Of a stretch of DNA of 64,000 bases, positions 23,540 through 35,084 are shown in pieces. The DNA is from Eledone cirrhosa. Taxonomy: Eukaryota. The position numbers were made by a program, and so were the translations under genes. Every line of letters begins with the position of its first letter. Position 1 is the stretch's first letter. The stretch covers positions 350,982,001 through 351,046,000 of the forward strand of contig OZ024743.1 of NCBI GenBank assembly GCA_964016885.1, given 5' to 3'. The notes beneath the pieces are model-generated. The model made no database searches and was not told the DNA's origin. It saw only the letters and a list, made by a program, of their open reading frames with translations.

Positions 23540-23579
<40 letters not shown>

Positions 23580-23655
23580 AGTAAGGTTGCTTGGATGCGT
23601 CCATAGGTGGTATGCCTGTTGTGTTCCGATGCATCACTGATTCTTCGTTTTCCAA

Positions 23656-23733
<78 letters not shown>

Positions 23734-23929
23734 TTAGGGAGTTTGACTTCCGAGAGTGTTCTATTCCGAATGGCGTATTTCTTCCTTGAGCATGACTATT
23801 TCACTTTGCTTCAGTCAACTCAAATGGGAAAAAAGTGAATTGTACATGATATTCAAAGGGTGACCATGTCACACACTAAATCACCCCGAAGTTCCGTTAA
23901 GTTTGCACGCAGGTGTCAAATGCTTGCCC

Positions 23930-23997
23930 ACTTCCTGGTTAGTTTCCCGAGAATGTTATTCCGTTCTGCGAATAACCGGAACACTCATCGTCGGAGT
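23930..23997 (-). ncRNA. Degenerate hammerhead-like motif with CCGACGA core
   Basis: Minus strand: act CCGACGA t-gagtgtt-ccg...cgg...aacattc..GAAA ct-aacc-ag ga agt; U16.1 is replaced by G. Confidence 0.4.
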
Positions 23998-25058
23998 CGA
24001 CGGAGATCCAACAACAGTATGCATATATGTTATATCTTTGTGGGTGGACGATCAGTCTAAACCATTTTCCCTAATATCCTTACAACCTTTCTTGCCACTA
24101 TTTTTTTTTATGATTTCCTTCATTTTATATGTATGCATGCATTTTGTGTCTGTGTATGTGTACGTGTATGTCTGTATCTGTATTTGTATGTGTATTGTTG
24201 CGTGTTAGTATGTATGTGTGTGTGTGCATTTATATGTATGAGATTGCTTGCGTTCGGTATTTAATATTTATTACGACTATGAGACATTCATTTCCATGTA
24301 AGCGATACAGACAGAAAACGAACATAAAATATTACATATTGAAGAAACAGTAAACGCCGTGGGACTATGGCCTCGGAGTTTGTTATACATAAAATAAAGA
24401 GAATAAATCAGCTGGATTAAATTATATAAAAACAAATAAATTAATGAATCCTTAAGCAATTTTAATCAGTGATTATTTTCGCTGCGTATAGTGCTGGAGA
24501 TAGAATAGATCACGTTGAATTGAACCACTAGCAAATCATATTCGTAGGTTGGTCGGTTGCAGCAGTTTGTGTCTATCACTTGTAATGTATTGTGCATATG
24601 TCGACATGAAAATGGAAAACGACAAAATATAAGAACAACACGTTTTAAGTGGGTTGATTAACGGTTTATATTAGCAAAAATGCAACACAAGCAAATTCAA
24701 AGACCCAGTATTCTGTATCGTAGCAGTGCCTAAAGTATTATTTCGTTAACAAGGCGATTCATTCAAAAATTGTGCATCTCGTGTCAAGGGAAAAAACATT
24801 CAGTGACGTAACAGTAATTAGAACATTGTTATATCGTCAAGATAATAGTTTTCCCGATTACCATTCGAATGTAAGCTGGTGGTAGTAAAACTCTATGTTA
24901 TTTTTGAATTCTCTTCTTCCCCTTGCTTTGAGGCAACTCAGCAAAAAGTTGCAATTGTGTAATTTTCGTTCAATGAGAAAATACGCTCCAGTTTTCATCT
25001 ACCTGGTGGCCATGTTAAATTTTTGTTGTTGTGTAAGGGACATAAGCCCTTGGAAATT

Positions 25059-28000
25059 ATAATATTTGGGCCAAAAGGCCCAAATATTTGAACATTTTAC
25101 TTTAAAAAATTATCAAAAATAAAAACATGGCTGAGCCAAGCCTCCCAGCATGTCTGCTGTCGTGTGACAACGACGTAAAAGTTGAGAGGAGGATTACGGT
25201 GAACACAGAAATTGATACAACAAACACCACCACAAACAACGGGAACAAAGACAGCAATGACAACAACACTAAGAACACTAATTTTTTTTTAAATGACCAC
25301 ACCAACTACAACAATAACAGCGACAACCAAAATACAGACAACAGAAAAAATGACAACAAATGCAACAACGATATTAACACTACTAACAAGAAAATAAATA
25401 ACGACAACACCGACAGCAACAATACAAATTGCACCGAGAACAACAGCAACGGCGGCACTAAAAACACAACCAACTACAACAGTGATAACAGCAACAACAC
25501 GAACAACACCGTTTCTAGCAGTACCAACAGCAACAGCACCAACAGCTAGGCCAGTAACAGCAGTAGCCGCAGTGATAATGGTGCCGCTGAAAAAGTGGCC
25601 ACTTCTTTCGCAGTTGTGGCTCGAAATATAGAGACAGTGCTAGTCACGGAGGAGGAGATGGCAGTCGCAGGGGACATGGTGACAAGAAATGACAGAGTTT
25701 CCCTGTAACCTCTACCCGAATTTTTCAAGGACCAGCAGCTACGGACAGTGACTTACCGCACTGTAAGCAAAATGTCACATCGGGTGGAGAGATCCACGGA
25801 GGCTCAAATCCAAAGGCCTTGGTGTGAGTCTGGGCGCGCAAAACCCACATCACCCAAGGCAAAAAGTATGTCACAGTAGACGTACTTTTCGCCACCACTA
25901 AGAGGCGAAGTCTTACTCTTTGGAAACACTAAAGAGTGAGGAGATAGTCTTAGTCCCCTCCTACTGCGGGCAGAAAATTGTGAGGGTCAAAGTGACCCGG
26001 GTCCCACCCTACGTGCCCATATTTTGGCTGGCTGCGTCTGTTCTTGCTGGAAAAGAGGACAGGACCACTATGCTACAAGTACAGAGAATGGGAAGAGAGA
26101 ACTGGTCAGGTATAGGCATGCAATATTAATACAAACTGACCAGGAGTGTATCGAGGCAATCCCAGATATTATAGACCTCGAGGAAGGACTCCCACTCTCC
26201 CTATAAGTGTGGAAGGAAGGCGCCCAAAGTGCTATCTCTGTGAGCAAAAGGGTCACCTCAGGGCCTTTTGCCCGGAGAAGACAGCCAAGAAGAGAGCCCC
26301 CCTCCTTTCGACGCCTGATCCGCTGCTACCAAAAACAGCGCAGGTAGCAGAGGCAGAGACCCTTCTACGGTGAGTAGGAGAGCAAGGTCCGTGGCACCCA
26401 TACCAAGGCCACGGATAACTAAAACAGCGGCAACAGTGGCGGCAACACCAGTAGCTACATTTGCAGTAGCTGCACCAGCAACAAAATCGCCGGAGAGTGC
26501 TATACTACCACCACCAACAGCCGTGGAGCACATACCCCTCCCAGATTCCACGGAATCCGACATGGAGTATGAGGCGGGAGTGAAGTGGCAAAAGGTCTGC
26601 CACAAAAAACAAAAACGAAAGAACCACTTAGCTTTGCCCTCCAAAAGCGAGGACAAACAAAGAAGGGTAAAGGCTGCAAGGTGACTTGCTGCAACACCAC
26701 CACCACCATCACTACCACAAGCATCACTACCAACAACAACCACATCACCACCAGCATCACCACAAACAGCAACATCGCAAACACAACAAAGCACACACAC
26801 ACAACAGCAACAACAAGAAAACAGTACACCGCCATCAGCGAGACCAGAATCTCCGAAGCACGAGCCTTCGCACCGATCTTCGGCGGCTACGATCTGTATG
26901 CATCTCCCAGCCGTGCTTTTTCGGATCTCGCCATCTTCCTGGACCCAGAAGGTAAGTCAGTGGTGCTGGACGTGACCGGCAGCGAAGGCAATGCTTATAG
27001 GCTAGTAGCCGTCTACCCCCCTACAGGGGCAGGACGGCCAGATTTCTTCAGACGTCTAGAGACCTTTCTTGAAACGTCCCGCTCTTTAGGGTTAGTGGGT
27101 GACTGGAGCGGTATCTTAGATGCACGCTGGGATTATGTGGGGCTAGTATACAAGACAAGGGTGGGGGTGTAAAACCTCAACAACCTGCTCAGACCTTTTG
27201 AACTGCTTGATAGGTATAGACTGGATAATCCGAATGTGCCAATGTGGACATGGGCAAACCGTATCAGGTCATCCAGATCGTATTTAGATAGGGTATTCTG
27301 TAGGGAAACATAAGGCTAGTGTAGATTGTACACAATTTAAAGTAGTCGACTATACGGACCACAAATTTGTGATCTGTGTAGTTGACTTAGATAGACTCCA
27401 TAGGCAAGGGCCCAGTTACTGGAAGCTGAACGTGTCGTTCCCGGCGCGCAAAGCTTACAGAGACCGGATTAGCGAATTAGTTAAGCGTGCGTTGACGGGT
27501 GCGACCGTCAACAACAAGTGATGGTTTACCCTGAAAAGACCTATTAGAGTAGAATCGATAAGGTTTAGCAAAGGGGTAAAGATAGAGGAAAATAGAGTAG
27601 AGGAAGAGCTAGTGAGAAAGCTAAAAGTGGCGTTTAGGACAGGCATCGCAACTGACGTGCTTGCGGTGAGGTTGGCACTCGACCAATTCTTCAACGCAAA
27701 GCATGAAGGCAGCGTTGTCAGAGCGAGAGCGCGTGCTCTGCGACACGAGGGGACGAAAGCCGTTCAATGGGCCCGGGTGGTGGAGTCGTGACGTGGCAAC
27801 AAATCCACAATTCGGTCTTTGCCTGATCAAAACGGGCGCATGTTGCTCGAACCCGAGCAGGTGTGCGGCTTTTCAACAGCACTTTGCTCAATTGTTCGGG
27901 AGCGGCGGGGTGTCGGATCGGAGTATGGACTTCAGTGCATACCGAGACGGACTGCCGCGGCTCTCGACGACTGCAGCGCAGTGCTGCGAAAAGCCGATAA

Positions 28001-30244
28001 CAACAAGTGAAATACGGGAAGCGATGTCTGACTGCACGAGGGGTCAATCGCCAGGTTTGGATGGTCTCCCCTACGAGCTCAATGCGTATATGCCAGACTT
28101 GTTCGGCGACCTCTTGGCAGATGTCTACTGCAACTAGAAGCAGAACGGAAGCATTGCCAGTTTTGTGAGCCGGGGAGCGGTGGCGTTGCTGAGAAAAGAC
28201 CCGAACAAGGGGAAGTCTGCTAAACGCAGAGTTCAAGACTTTGGCCAAGGTGTTAGCAAAGAGATTGGCGCTTGTTATCGGGGATCTGGTGGGAGAGGCG
28301 CAGCTATGCGCCATTCCGGACAGATCCATCCACGACAACCTCCATCTCATGCGATACACCATAGAGAGGGTGGTTAAGGAACCTATCACGGGTGGGGCCC
28401 TGATCAACTTGGATCAATCTAAAGCATTTGATAGGGTCGACCATCGGTACCTGGCTGCGGTCCTAGAGGCGACCGGCTTCGGGTCCGTTTTTAGGGGCTG
28501 GATCGCTGCGATGCACAGTGACATCTGCTCGATTGTGAGGATGAATGGTCACCTGTCGCAGCCGTTCAGCATCATGCGCTCTGTCCGCCAGGGTTGTCCC
28601 TTCTCGTCCCTCTTGTCCTGGGATGCGGGAGATCCGTGTCGGCCTACGCCGACGACGTCACCGTGGTGGTGTCGAGCAGCAAACATGTCCAGATGCTCGG
28701 CATCGCTCTCAAGGAATACGAAGCGGTGATAAACCACGAAAAGTCGGTGGGCTTGCAACTCGGCACCTGGAGAGGCAAGTCCATGAGTCCGACAGCGTCG
28801 TGGGACGCTGGACGGATGGACCGGTTAAATTGCTCGGGGTCTGGTTCGGTCCGGACCTCCAGATGGAGAAAAACTGGAGCGAGGTGACGAGCAGGGTGGC
28901 TTGTCTCACCCAGAAATGGGCCGAGAGGAGGCTGTCTCTGAGTTGCGTCCGTCATCCGCTACCGCCTGACCGTTGTACCTTGCTCCCGTCCAACTCTGAC
29001 CAAAATGGAGCGCCTTCTCTTCCGCTTTTTGTGGAAGGTACGTGCTCTTATGGTTAGACAATCTACCTGCTGTCATTTCCCATTGCGTGCAGGATTGGGT
29101 ATGCCGTGGGTGATGATGCGCAAACATGCGATGAGGCTGCGACATATCTGGTGCTTCCTTGACGGTGAACAGGTGTGGTCGCCGTTTGCCAGACACGCTT
29201 TTCCCCAGCTCGTCTCCTTGACGGGGCTCCTGTCCTGGATCAGGAAAAGACCGAGGGATAGAGGTTGGAGGTTGGAATGTCCCCAAGCGCTCACCGCCCT
29301 CTACCAACTGGGCACTGATATCGGTGGAACATCCACCTCGGCATTCTATAGAGGGCTAGTGGAGGGGAAGAGCGACGACGTTCTCGGGGAGACCCTGGGC
29401 GTCGAAGACGATCAGCTGTTCGCTCTCTTCAAGAGAACTGTCAGCACAGGGCCTATGGACAACTTCCAGAAATCACTGGCCTGGCGGTGCTACCGGGGAG
29501 CGTTGTCGGTTCGGGATAAGTTCTACAGGCACGGAGGTGCTGTCAGCCGAGCCTGTCCGAGATGCGCGCAGGGCGACGAAACCGTCCTGCACGCACTCGT
29601 TCAGTGCCCGACGATTGCTGTCTTGTGTAGCTATGTCGAACAGTTGCTGTCGCGTGTAGGACGGATCCGGTTATCGACTAAGTCCATTGTGCAGATAGCC
29701 CCGCCATCCTCCTTTAAAAACGAGGAAGGGCAGCCAGTTTTCATCTGCCCGGTGGCCATGGCGAAAGAGATTGTGTGGTGGACAATGTTGAAAGGGTTGA
29801 AGACGGACACATTCCTCTCCGGCCAATCCCTGATTAACTTTTTCAAGTTTCACTTGAAGAGGAAAATCAAGGTGGAGGGGCAAGTGCTGTCTTCTAGTAA
29901 GTTTGTTGAAAAGTGGATGAAACTTGCGAGTCTGATCCGAGTGAACGGGCCCGATCTGTGTATGCGCCTGTAGACTGAGTGGGAAAACTGAGAGAGGGTG
30001 CTTGCCTGGTGGTCAGGGGGGCCGTGGTCTTTTGTGTGGTTTTCGCCACGAGTGACCCTCGGAGGTTTCCCCCTTTTGGGGGAATTTTGTTGCTTGAATT
30101 TTTTTTTATTTCTATCCCGATTTCTATCTTGTTATAACCTGTTTTCACGACCAAAACCCACTTTGTATCGTCCTGTACTGTTCTGTGCCCTCTGTAATGT
30201 TAGCCCTTGTGGATAATAAAGAAACCATTATTATTATTATTATT
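25059..30244 (+). mobile_element. Tx1/L1-clade LINE, near full-length but frameshifted
   Basis: ORF1 remnant with zinc knuckle CYLCEQKGHLRAFC. ORF2 APE (YRLVAVYPP, VGDW), RT (SPGLDGLPYE, DQSKAFDRVDH, SVRQGCP, AYADD), C-terminal CPRC..ETVLHALVQC. Ends AATAAA + (ATT)n. Confidence 0.88.
26790..29973 (+). pseudogene. LINE ORF2 (APE-RT-zinc finger) pseudogene
   Basis: Motifs are spread across ORFs 26585, 27703, 28241, 28594, 28545 and 29005 in different frames. Confidence 0.85.
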
Positions 30245-30386
30245 GGCGAGTGACTTGTTAAGACGTGTTATTGTGAACTCCGAAAGGTTTGTTGTTTAAA
30301 GTTGTTTTGAATTTCTAGTTGTGGAAAATTTAGGTTGTTTACTGTTGACAAGTTCATATATATTGCTCTCGCAAAAGGACACTCCA

Positions 30387-31503
30387 TAATATTTGGGCCG
30401 AAGTCCCATATATTTTAACTTTATTCAATCTGCTGACCGCCTTCTCTTGGCATGACGTTGGTTGGTTAATGAGGCACAAACATACGCTTAGGCTACGGCA
30501 TCTTTAGATATTCTTAAACGGTGAACAGGTGTTGTTGTTCTTTGCAAGACATGCCTTTCCGCAGCCCATCCCCTCACCGAGTTACAGTCATGGGTCAAGA
30601 ATAGACCGAGGCTGGGCGCTAGCATCTGAAATGTTGCCATGCGATCAATGCCCTCTACCAGGCGGGCAATGCGGTCAGTAGAAATTCCACTCTCGAGTTT
30701 TATAGCGGATTACTGGTGGTCAAAAATCCCTCGCTTGGCAGTGCTACCGAGGACTCTGCCGGTTCGAGATAAACTCTACAAGCACGGAAGTCCTGTCATA
30801 CTGACCTGTCCGAGATGCGCGCAGAATGACAAAACCCTTCTGCACGCACTCGTTCAGTGTCCGTGTATTACTGACTTGTGGTGTTATGTCGAACAGCTGT
30901 TATCGTAGGATGGATCCGTCTATCGACCGAGTCCATGGTGAAGATCACCCTGCCTCCTTCTTTTAGCCTGGAAGGGCAGGCATTTTCCCCTGTCTGGTGA
31001 CCGTAGGGAAAGAGTGGTGGAAACTTTTCTCTCCGACCAATCAATCATCAACTTTTCTAAGTTTCACTTGGAAAGGAATGTGAGGGTGGAGAGGGAAGTG
31101 CTGCCTTCAAAAAAATTTGTTGAGAGGTGGGTGAGAGAGGCAGGCATGGCCCGAATGAATGGGCCAGCTTTGAGTATGAGCCTGTAGGCTGGAGTAGGAT
31201 AACTTGAACAATGGCACTTACCCCAGAGATCAGGGCACCCGTGGTTTTATGTGGGGTTTTCCACGAGTGACCCTCGAACATCTCCTCCCTATTGAGCAAT
31301 CCCCTTTGTTTTAATTTTATTGTTGTCTCTTTTTTTATCATTGTTAATTATATTTACACACAAAACTCACACACCAACACACACACCAACACACACATAT
31401 ACACACACATATATACACACTCTATGTTTACGTCCTGTGCTGTCTTAATAATTTTCTTAATGTTAACTCTTGTGGTGAATAAAGAAATCATTATTATTAT
31501 TAA
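30387..31503 (+). mobile_element. Internally deleted relative of the Tx1-like LINE
   Basis: Starts ataatatttgggcc like 25059, jumps to the ORF2 C-terminus (LPVRDKLYKHG...CPRC..LLHALVQC), same AATAAAGAAA-(ATT)n tail. Confidence 0.8.
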
Positions 31504-31773
31504 TAGTAGTCCTCTTATGTTTATTGCATATGGTCAGTGCATTACCGGCCAACAGCTCTGTGCCCCTTGGGTAACTGCCGTGTGATTTTTGATAGTCTTG
31601 TTTTTATTGTATTACCCTTCGTAGTATGTGTGCAGTACCTAGTAGTTCTTTTTTTTGTTTTTGGTATGCAGTATATATTCGTAAGTCCTGAGGTTTTGTT
31701 TATGCATCTGTTTGTGTACTTTTATCAGTTCCAGAGAACTTATTTTTAATAGGTATTATTTATTTTCATCAAT

Positions 31774-31960
31774 GGGTGGATTGGCAGTATTGGTAGAGGG
31801 TCGGACGCCATGCTTTCCAGCATAGTTACGTCCCTTTACGATCTGAGTTCAAATCCCGCCGAGGTTGACTTTGCCTTTCATCCTTACGGGGTCGATAAAA
31901 TAAAGTACCAGTAATGCACTGGGTAATTGCTGGCCTTGTGCCTAAAGTAGAAACAATTAT
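31774..31960 (+). mobile_element. tRNA-derived SINE with Meta/MESC-like core, full length
   Basis: A-box-like tggcagtattgg, B-box gagttcaaatcc, core gactttgcctttcatccttacggggtcgataaaataaagtaccag, tail agtagaaacaattat. Confidence 0.8.
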
Positions 31961-31984
31961 TTATTTTCATCATCAAAATTTGCG

Positions 31985-32930
31985 TTATTTCTATCTATAG
32001 ATTTTTATATTTGGATAATTTCTCCATTTTCTTGGTAGATAAATTGTTGTCTGTGGAGATTGATACATCATTAGAAGACATTTACTTTCTTTGTGTTCGT
32101 TGACTAGAATATCCAGTCTGTTGACTTTGATCTCCCTGTCTGTGTCTATTGACACAAAGAGTATGGTTGCTTTGTCACACACATTATGATACGTTTTCTG
32201 GTGTGTGTTTCTACCATCATTTTTATGTTGGTATTTCGTAATGTTGGCATAACATCTAGTGTATTTTAACCCCAACTCTGTCATATCTGTGGATATATTC
32301 CATTTTGATTGAGAATGGGGGGCCAGATATAATGTGATTAATTGTTTCTTCGCCACCTCCACATATTCTGCGGTTACTTACTGAGTCCTGCTTCATTGCG
32401 AACTTCAGGTGGTTTCAGGTGGAGAAGCTTTGAACTTATACTGCGATTAGAAATCCTTCAGTCTCGACTGTTAGTGAATGCTTCGTAGCTAGTTTTGTTA
32501 GTTTTTGCTTGTCAACTTCCTCTCTATTCAGCTTTTACAGTTATTTGCTATGTCAGGATATTTCTTGCCATCATTTTAGCATATCATTCTAGAGATGTGT
32601 TTTCAATTTAGATTTTATGTTTTTCACAATTTCTGTTGTTTTTCTTCTTTGTTTCATTTTCACATTTTTCTGACAATCCAGCTTCTGCTTTGAATTTGTA
32701 GGCTTCCTTAAAGACAGAAAACATTTTTTTTATTGTTTCGTGGTTATTTGTAATAATTTTCCTGTTCTTCATTAGATATTTCTGTAGCTCTAAAGTAGTT
32801 ATTTTATAATAAGTTTCTAGTTGCATAAGACACCTTCCTCCTTGTGTTCGTGGTAGATACACTATTTCTACATCTCATTTAAATGAGGTATTCTAAATGA
32901 AGTTATTATTGTTCTTGTTTTTCTCTCCCT
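31985..32930 (-). mobile_element. Degenerate R4/Dong-like LINE 3' part
   Basis: YLPRTQGGRCLMQLE and TDREIKVNRLDILV...KCLL (RLE region) with frameshifts. Confidence 0.65.
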
Positions 32931-33469
32931 TCCTGCTAGTTGTTTTATTATTATTATTGTTGTGCCTAGAGCAGATATCCTTACTATTATTATGGTGGTA
33001 GATTGGCAGTATCTGAACGGCGTCTGGCAGCATGCTTTGCGGCTCATAGTTACGGCCCGTTTACATTCTGAGTTGAAATCACGCCAAGATGAGCTTTGCC
33101 GTTCGTTCTTACGAGGTCAGAAAAATAAAGTTAGGTCCTAGGGCCAATATAATTGACTTTCCTCCTTCTTCCAAATTACTGGCCTTGTGCCAATATAAGA
33201 AATAATTATTATTATTTAAATTGTTTTCACTATTTCGATTATAAAAATACCTTTATCATGTAACATGACATGGCTCTAAAGGCAAAGTTGAAACAAATTC
33301 AAATGCTATATAGCTGTCTGGAGGATTCATGTTTGTCGTCAGTCTATTGGCTTATATTCACAATACAGCTACATAGGTGGTAAGTAATATTTCTTAGCAC
33401 GTGTCTACAGACATTGATCGATGAATTTCTGATGTGACTACGCACATTGACAAATCGAAATATGGTTTA

Positions 33470-33576
<107 letters not shown>

Positions 33577-33728
33577 CGTGTGTGTGTAGGTGATTGGGTG
33601 GAGTGTGTGTGTGTGTGTGTGTCCGTATGAATGTATGCGATAAGTAAACGTATAAATAACACTGGGAAACAATACTGTGCAATGAAGATATATTAGTTTA
33701 ACGCTTGATATTCGAGTAGTAGAAAAAG

Positions 33729-33767
33729 ATTCGTAACGTTTCGGGTGATAGCCCTTCACCAGAAGAT
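33729..33767 (-). ncRNA. Degenerate minimal hammerhead (CTGGTGA core), PLE tail
   Basis: Minus strand: CTGGTGA a-ggg-ctatca-ccc GAAA cg TT; downstream tail shares tatcaagcgttaa.ctaatatatc with the minus strand at ~13480-13505. Confidence 0.5.
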
Positions 33768-34271
33768 AGAATGAGAGTAAGAAGAGGAAGAAACGGAAAA
33801 AATTTTTTTGAAGAGATACATAAACACACATACATACACACTCACATACACATGCATACACACAAACACACACACATACATACACACGCACACACACAAA
33901 CACATACACACACATACATACACACACACACAAACACACACACATACACACACGCTGAAAAGGTGCCTAGCTGAAAGTTTCTGCTACTTTCTACTTAAAG
34001 AATAAAACTTACACTCTACCCACAAATCTGAGTGCACAGTAAGTAAATGTTTGAATGCTTTACATACTATTACATTTCAAAATCACATTCTCATACACAC
34101 ACTCATTTTATGGTGTCGCTGTTCCTTAACATTTTGTGTTCAGTCTGAGTAGAAATCTATCAATTACTCACTCATTGAGTATTTCGTGACAGCTTCTGAT
34201 AATTCTATTGTTCATCTGGTATAGTGCAGCTGCAACTTCGGTTATATTCATTATTTTTTTTTTCTCCTGAT

Positions 34272-34490
34272 CGGGTTGGCAGTATCGGTAGAGCGTCGGA
34301 CAACATGCTTTGCAGTATTTAGTTACGGACCTTTGCGTTCTGAATTCAAATGCCGCCGAGATTAGCTTTGCCTTTCAGCCTTACGGGGGTCGATAAAATA
34401 AAGTACCAGTAATGCACTCGGGCCGATTTAATCATCGACTTTCCCCTCTCCCCAAATTCCTGGCCTTATGCTTATAGTAGAAATCATTAT
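34272..34490 (+). mobile_element. Same SINE superfamily, longer subfamily
   Basis: Same head and core. Further partial or divergent copies at ~7218-7302 (+), 8134-8227 (-), 9870-9930 (-), 32993-33215 (+), 42340-42470 (+), 44024-44190 (+). Confidence 0.75.
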
Positions 34491-35084
34491 TTTCTCTCCT
34501 AGTCATTATAATTAATTGTTTAATTGATTGTTTGTAAACCTAGTTCAGAGCTTATTTTGAGGCTGTGAAAATACCTTTGTTCACATTTTAAATGTACCCG
34601 CTAAAGTTTCGGTGAACTGACCTTCCTTTTTTTTAGAAAGACCACATGACCTCACTGCCAAATCTACTGCTACAGCTGACTGACAGTGCTGTCTCAGAAC
34701 CCAAAGAAAACGGATACATGGAACATAAAACCTGTTGACAAAGGGATATCCCCGTTCCATCATGAGATGTTACTGACTTGCATATACATTACGCAAGTTG
34801 GAATGTAACTCTCCATATTTCCCAGAAACCTTTGCTTTTATCGATTCATATCTAATCGAGATAGTCCAGGTTTATGTTTCGACCTGTTTGTATATTTCGA
34901 TGTTGTTGTATTACTGTGGTAACATGCCTCTAGTTACTTTATTCATAGTGTCACTATTCCTTAACTTTTTGTGTTCACTCTGAGTAGAAATTTATCAATT
35001 ACTCACTCATTGAGTGTTTCGTGACAGCCTCAGATAATTCGATTGTTCATCTGCTATACTGCAGCTGCAACTTTGGTTATATAT

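Larger units (their letters stand above)
20898..23545. mobile_element. Retrozyme-like array, family A: ~4.9 direct copies of a ~420-bp HHR-containing unit followed by ~1.5 inverted copies, flanked by (TA)n
   Basis: HHR cores recur at 21102, 21517, 21939, 22339, 22759 (periods 415, 422, 400, 420). Inversion junction ~22916-22919 at an ACGG microhomology. One HHR per unit. Confidence 0.88.

Noticed and set aside
20898-23545. CRISPR-like array
   Set aside because: Whole units repeat with no unique spacers; eukaryotic context; no cas genes.
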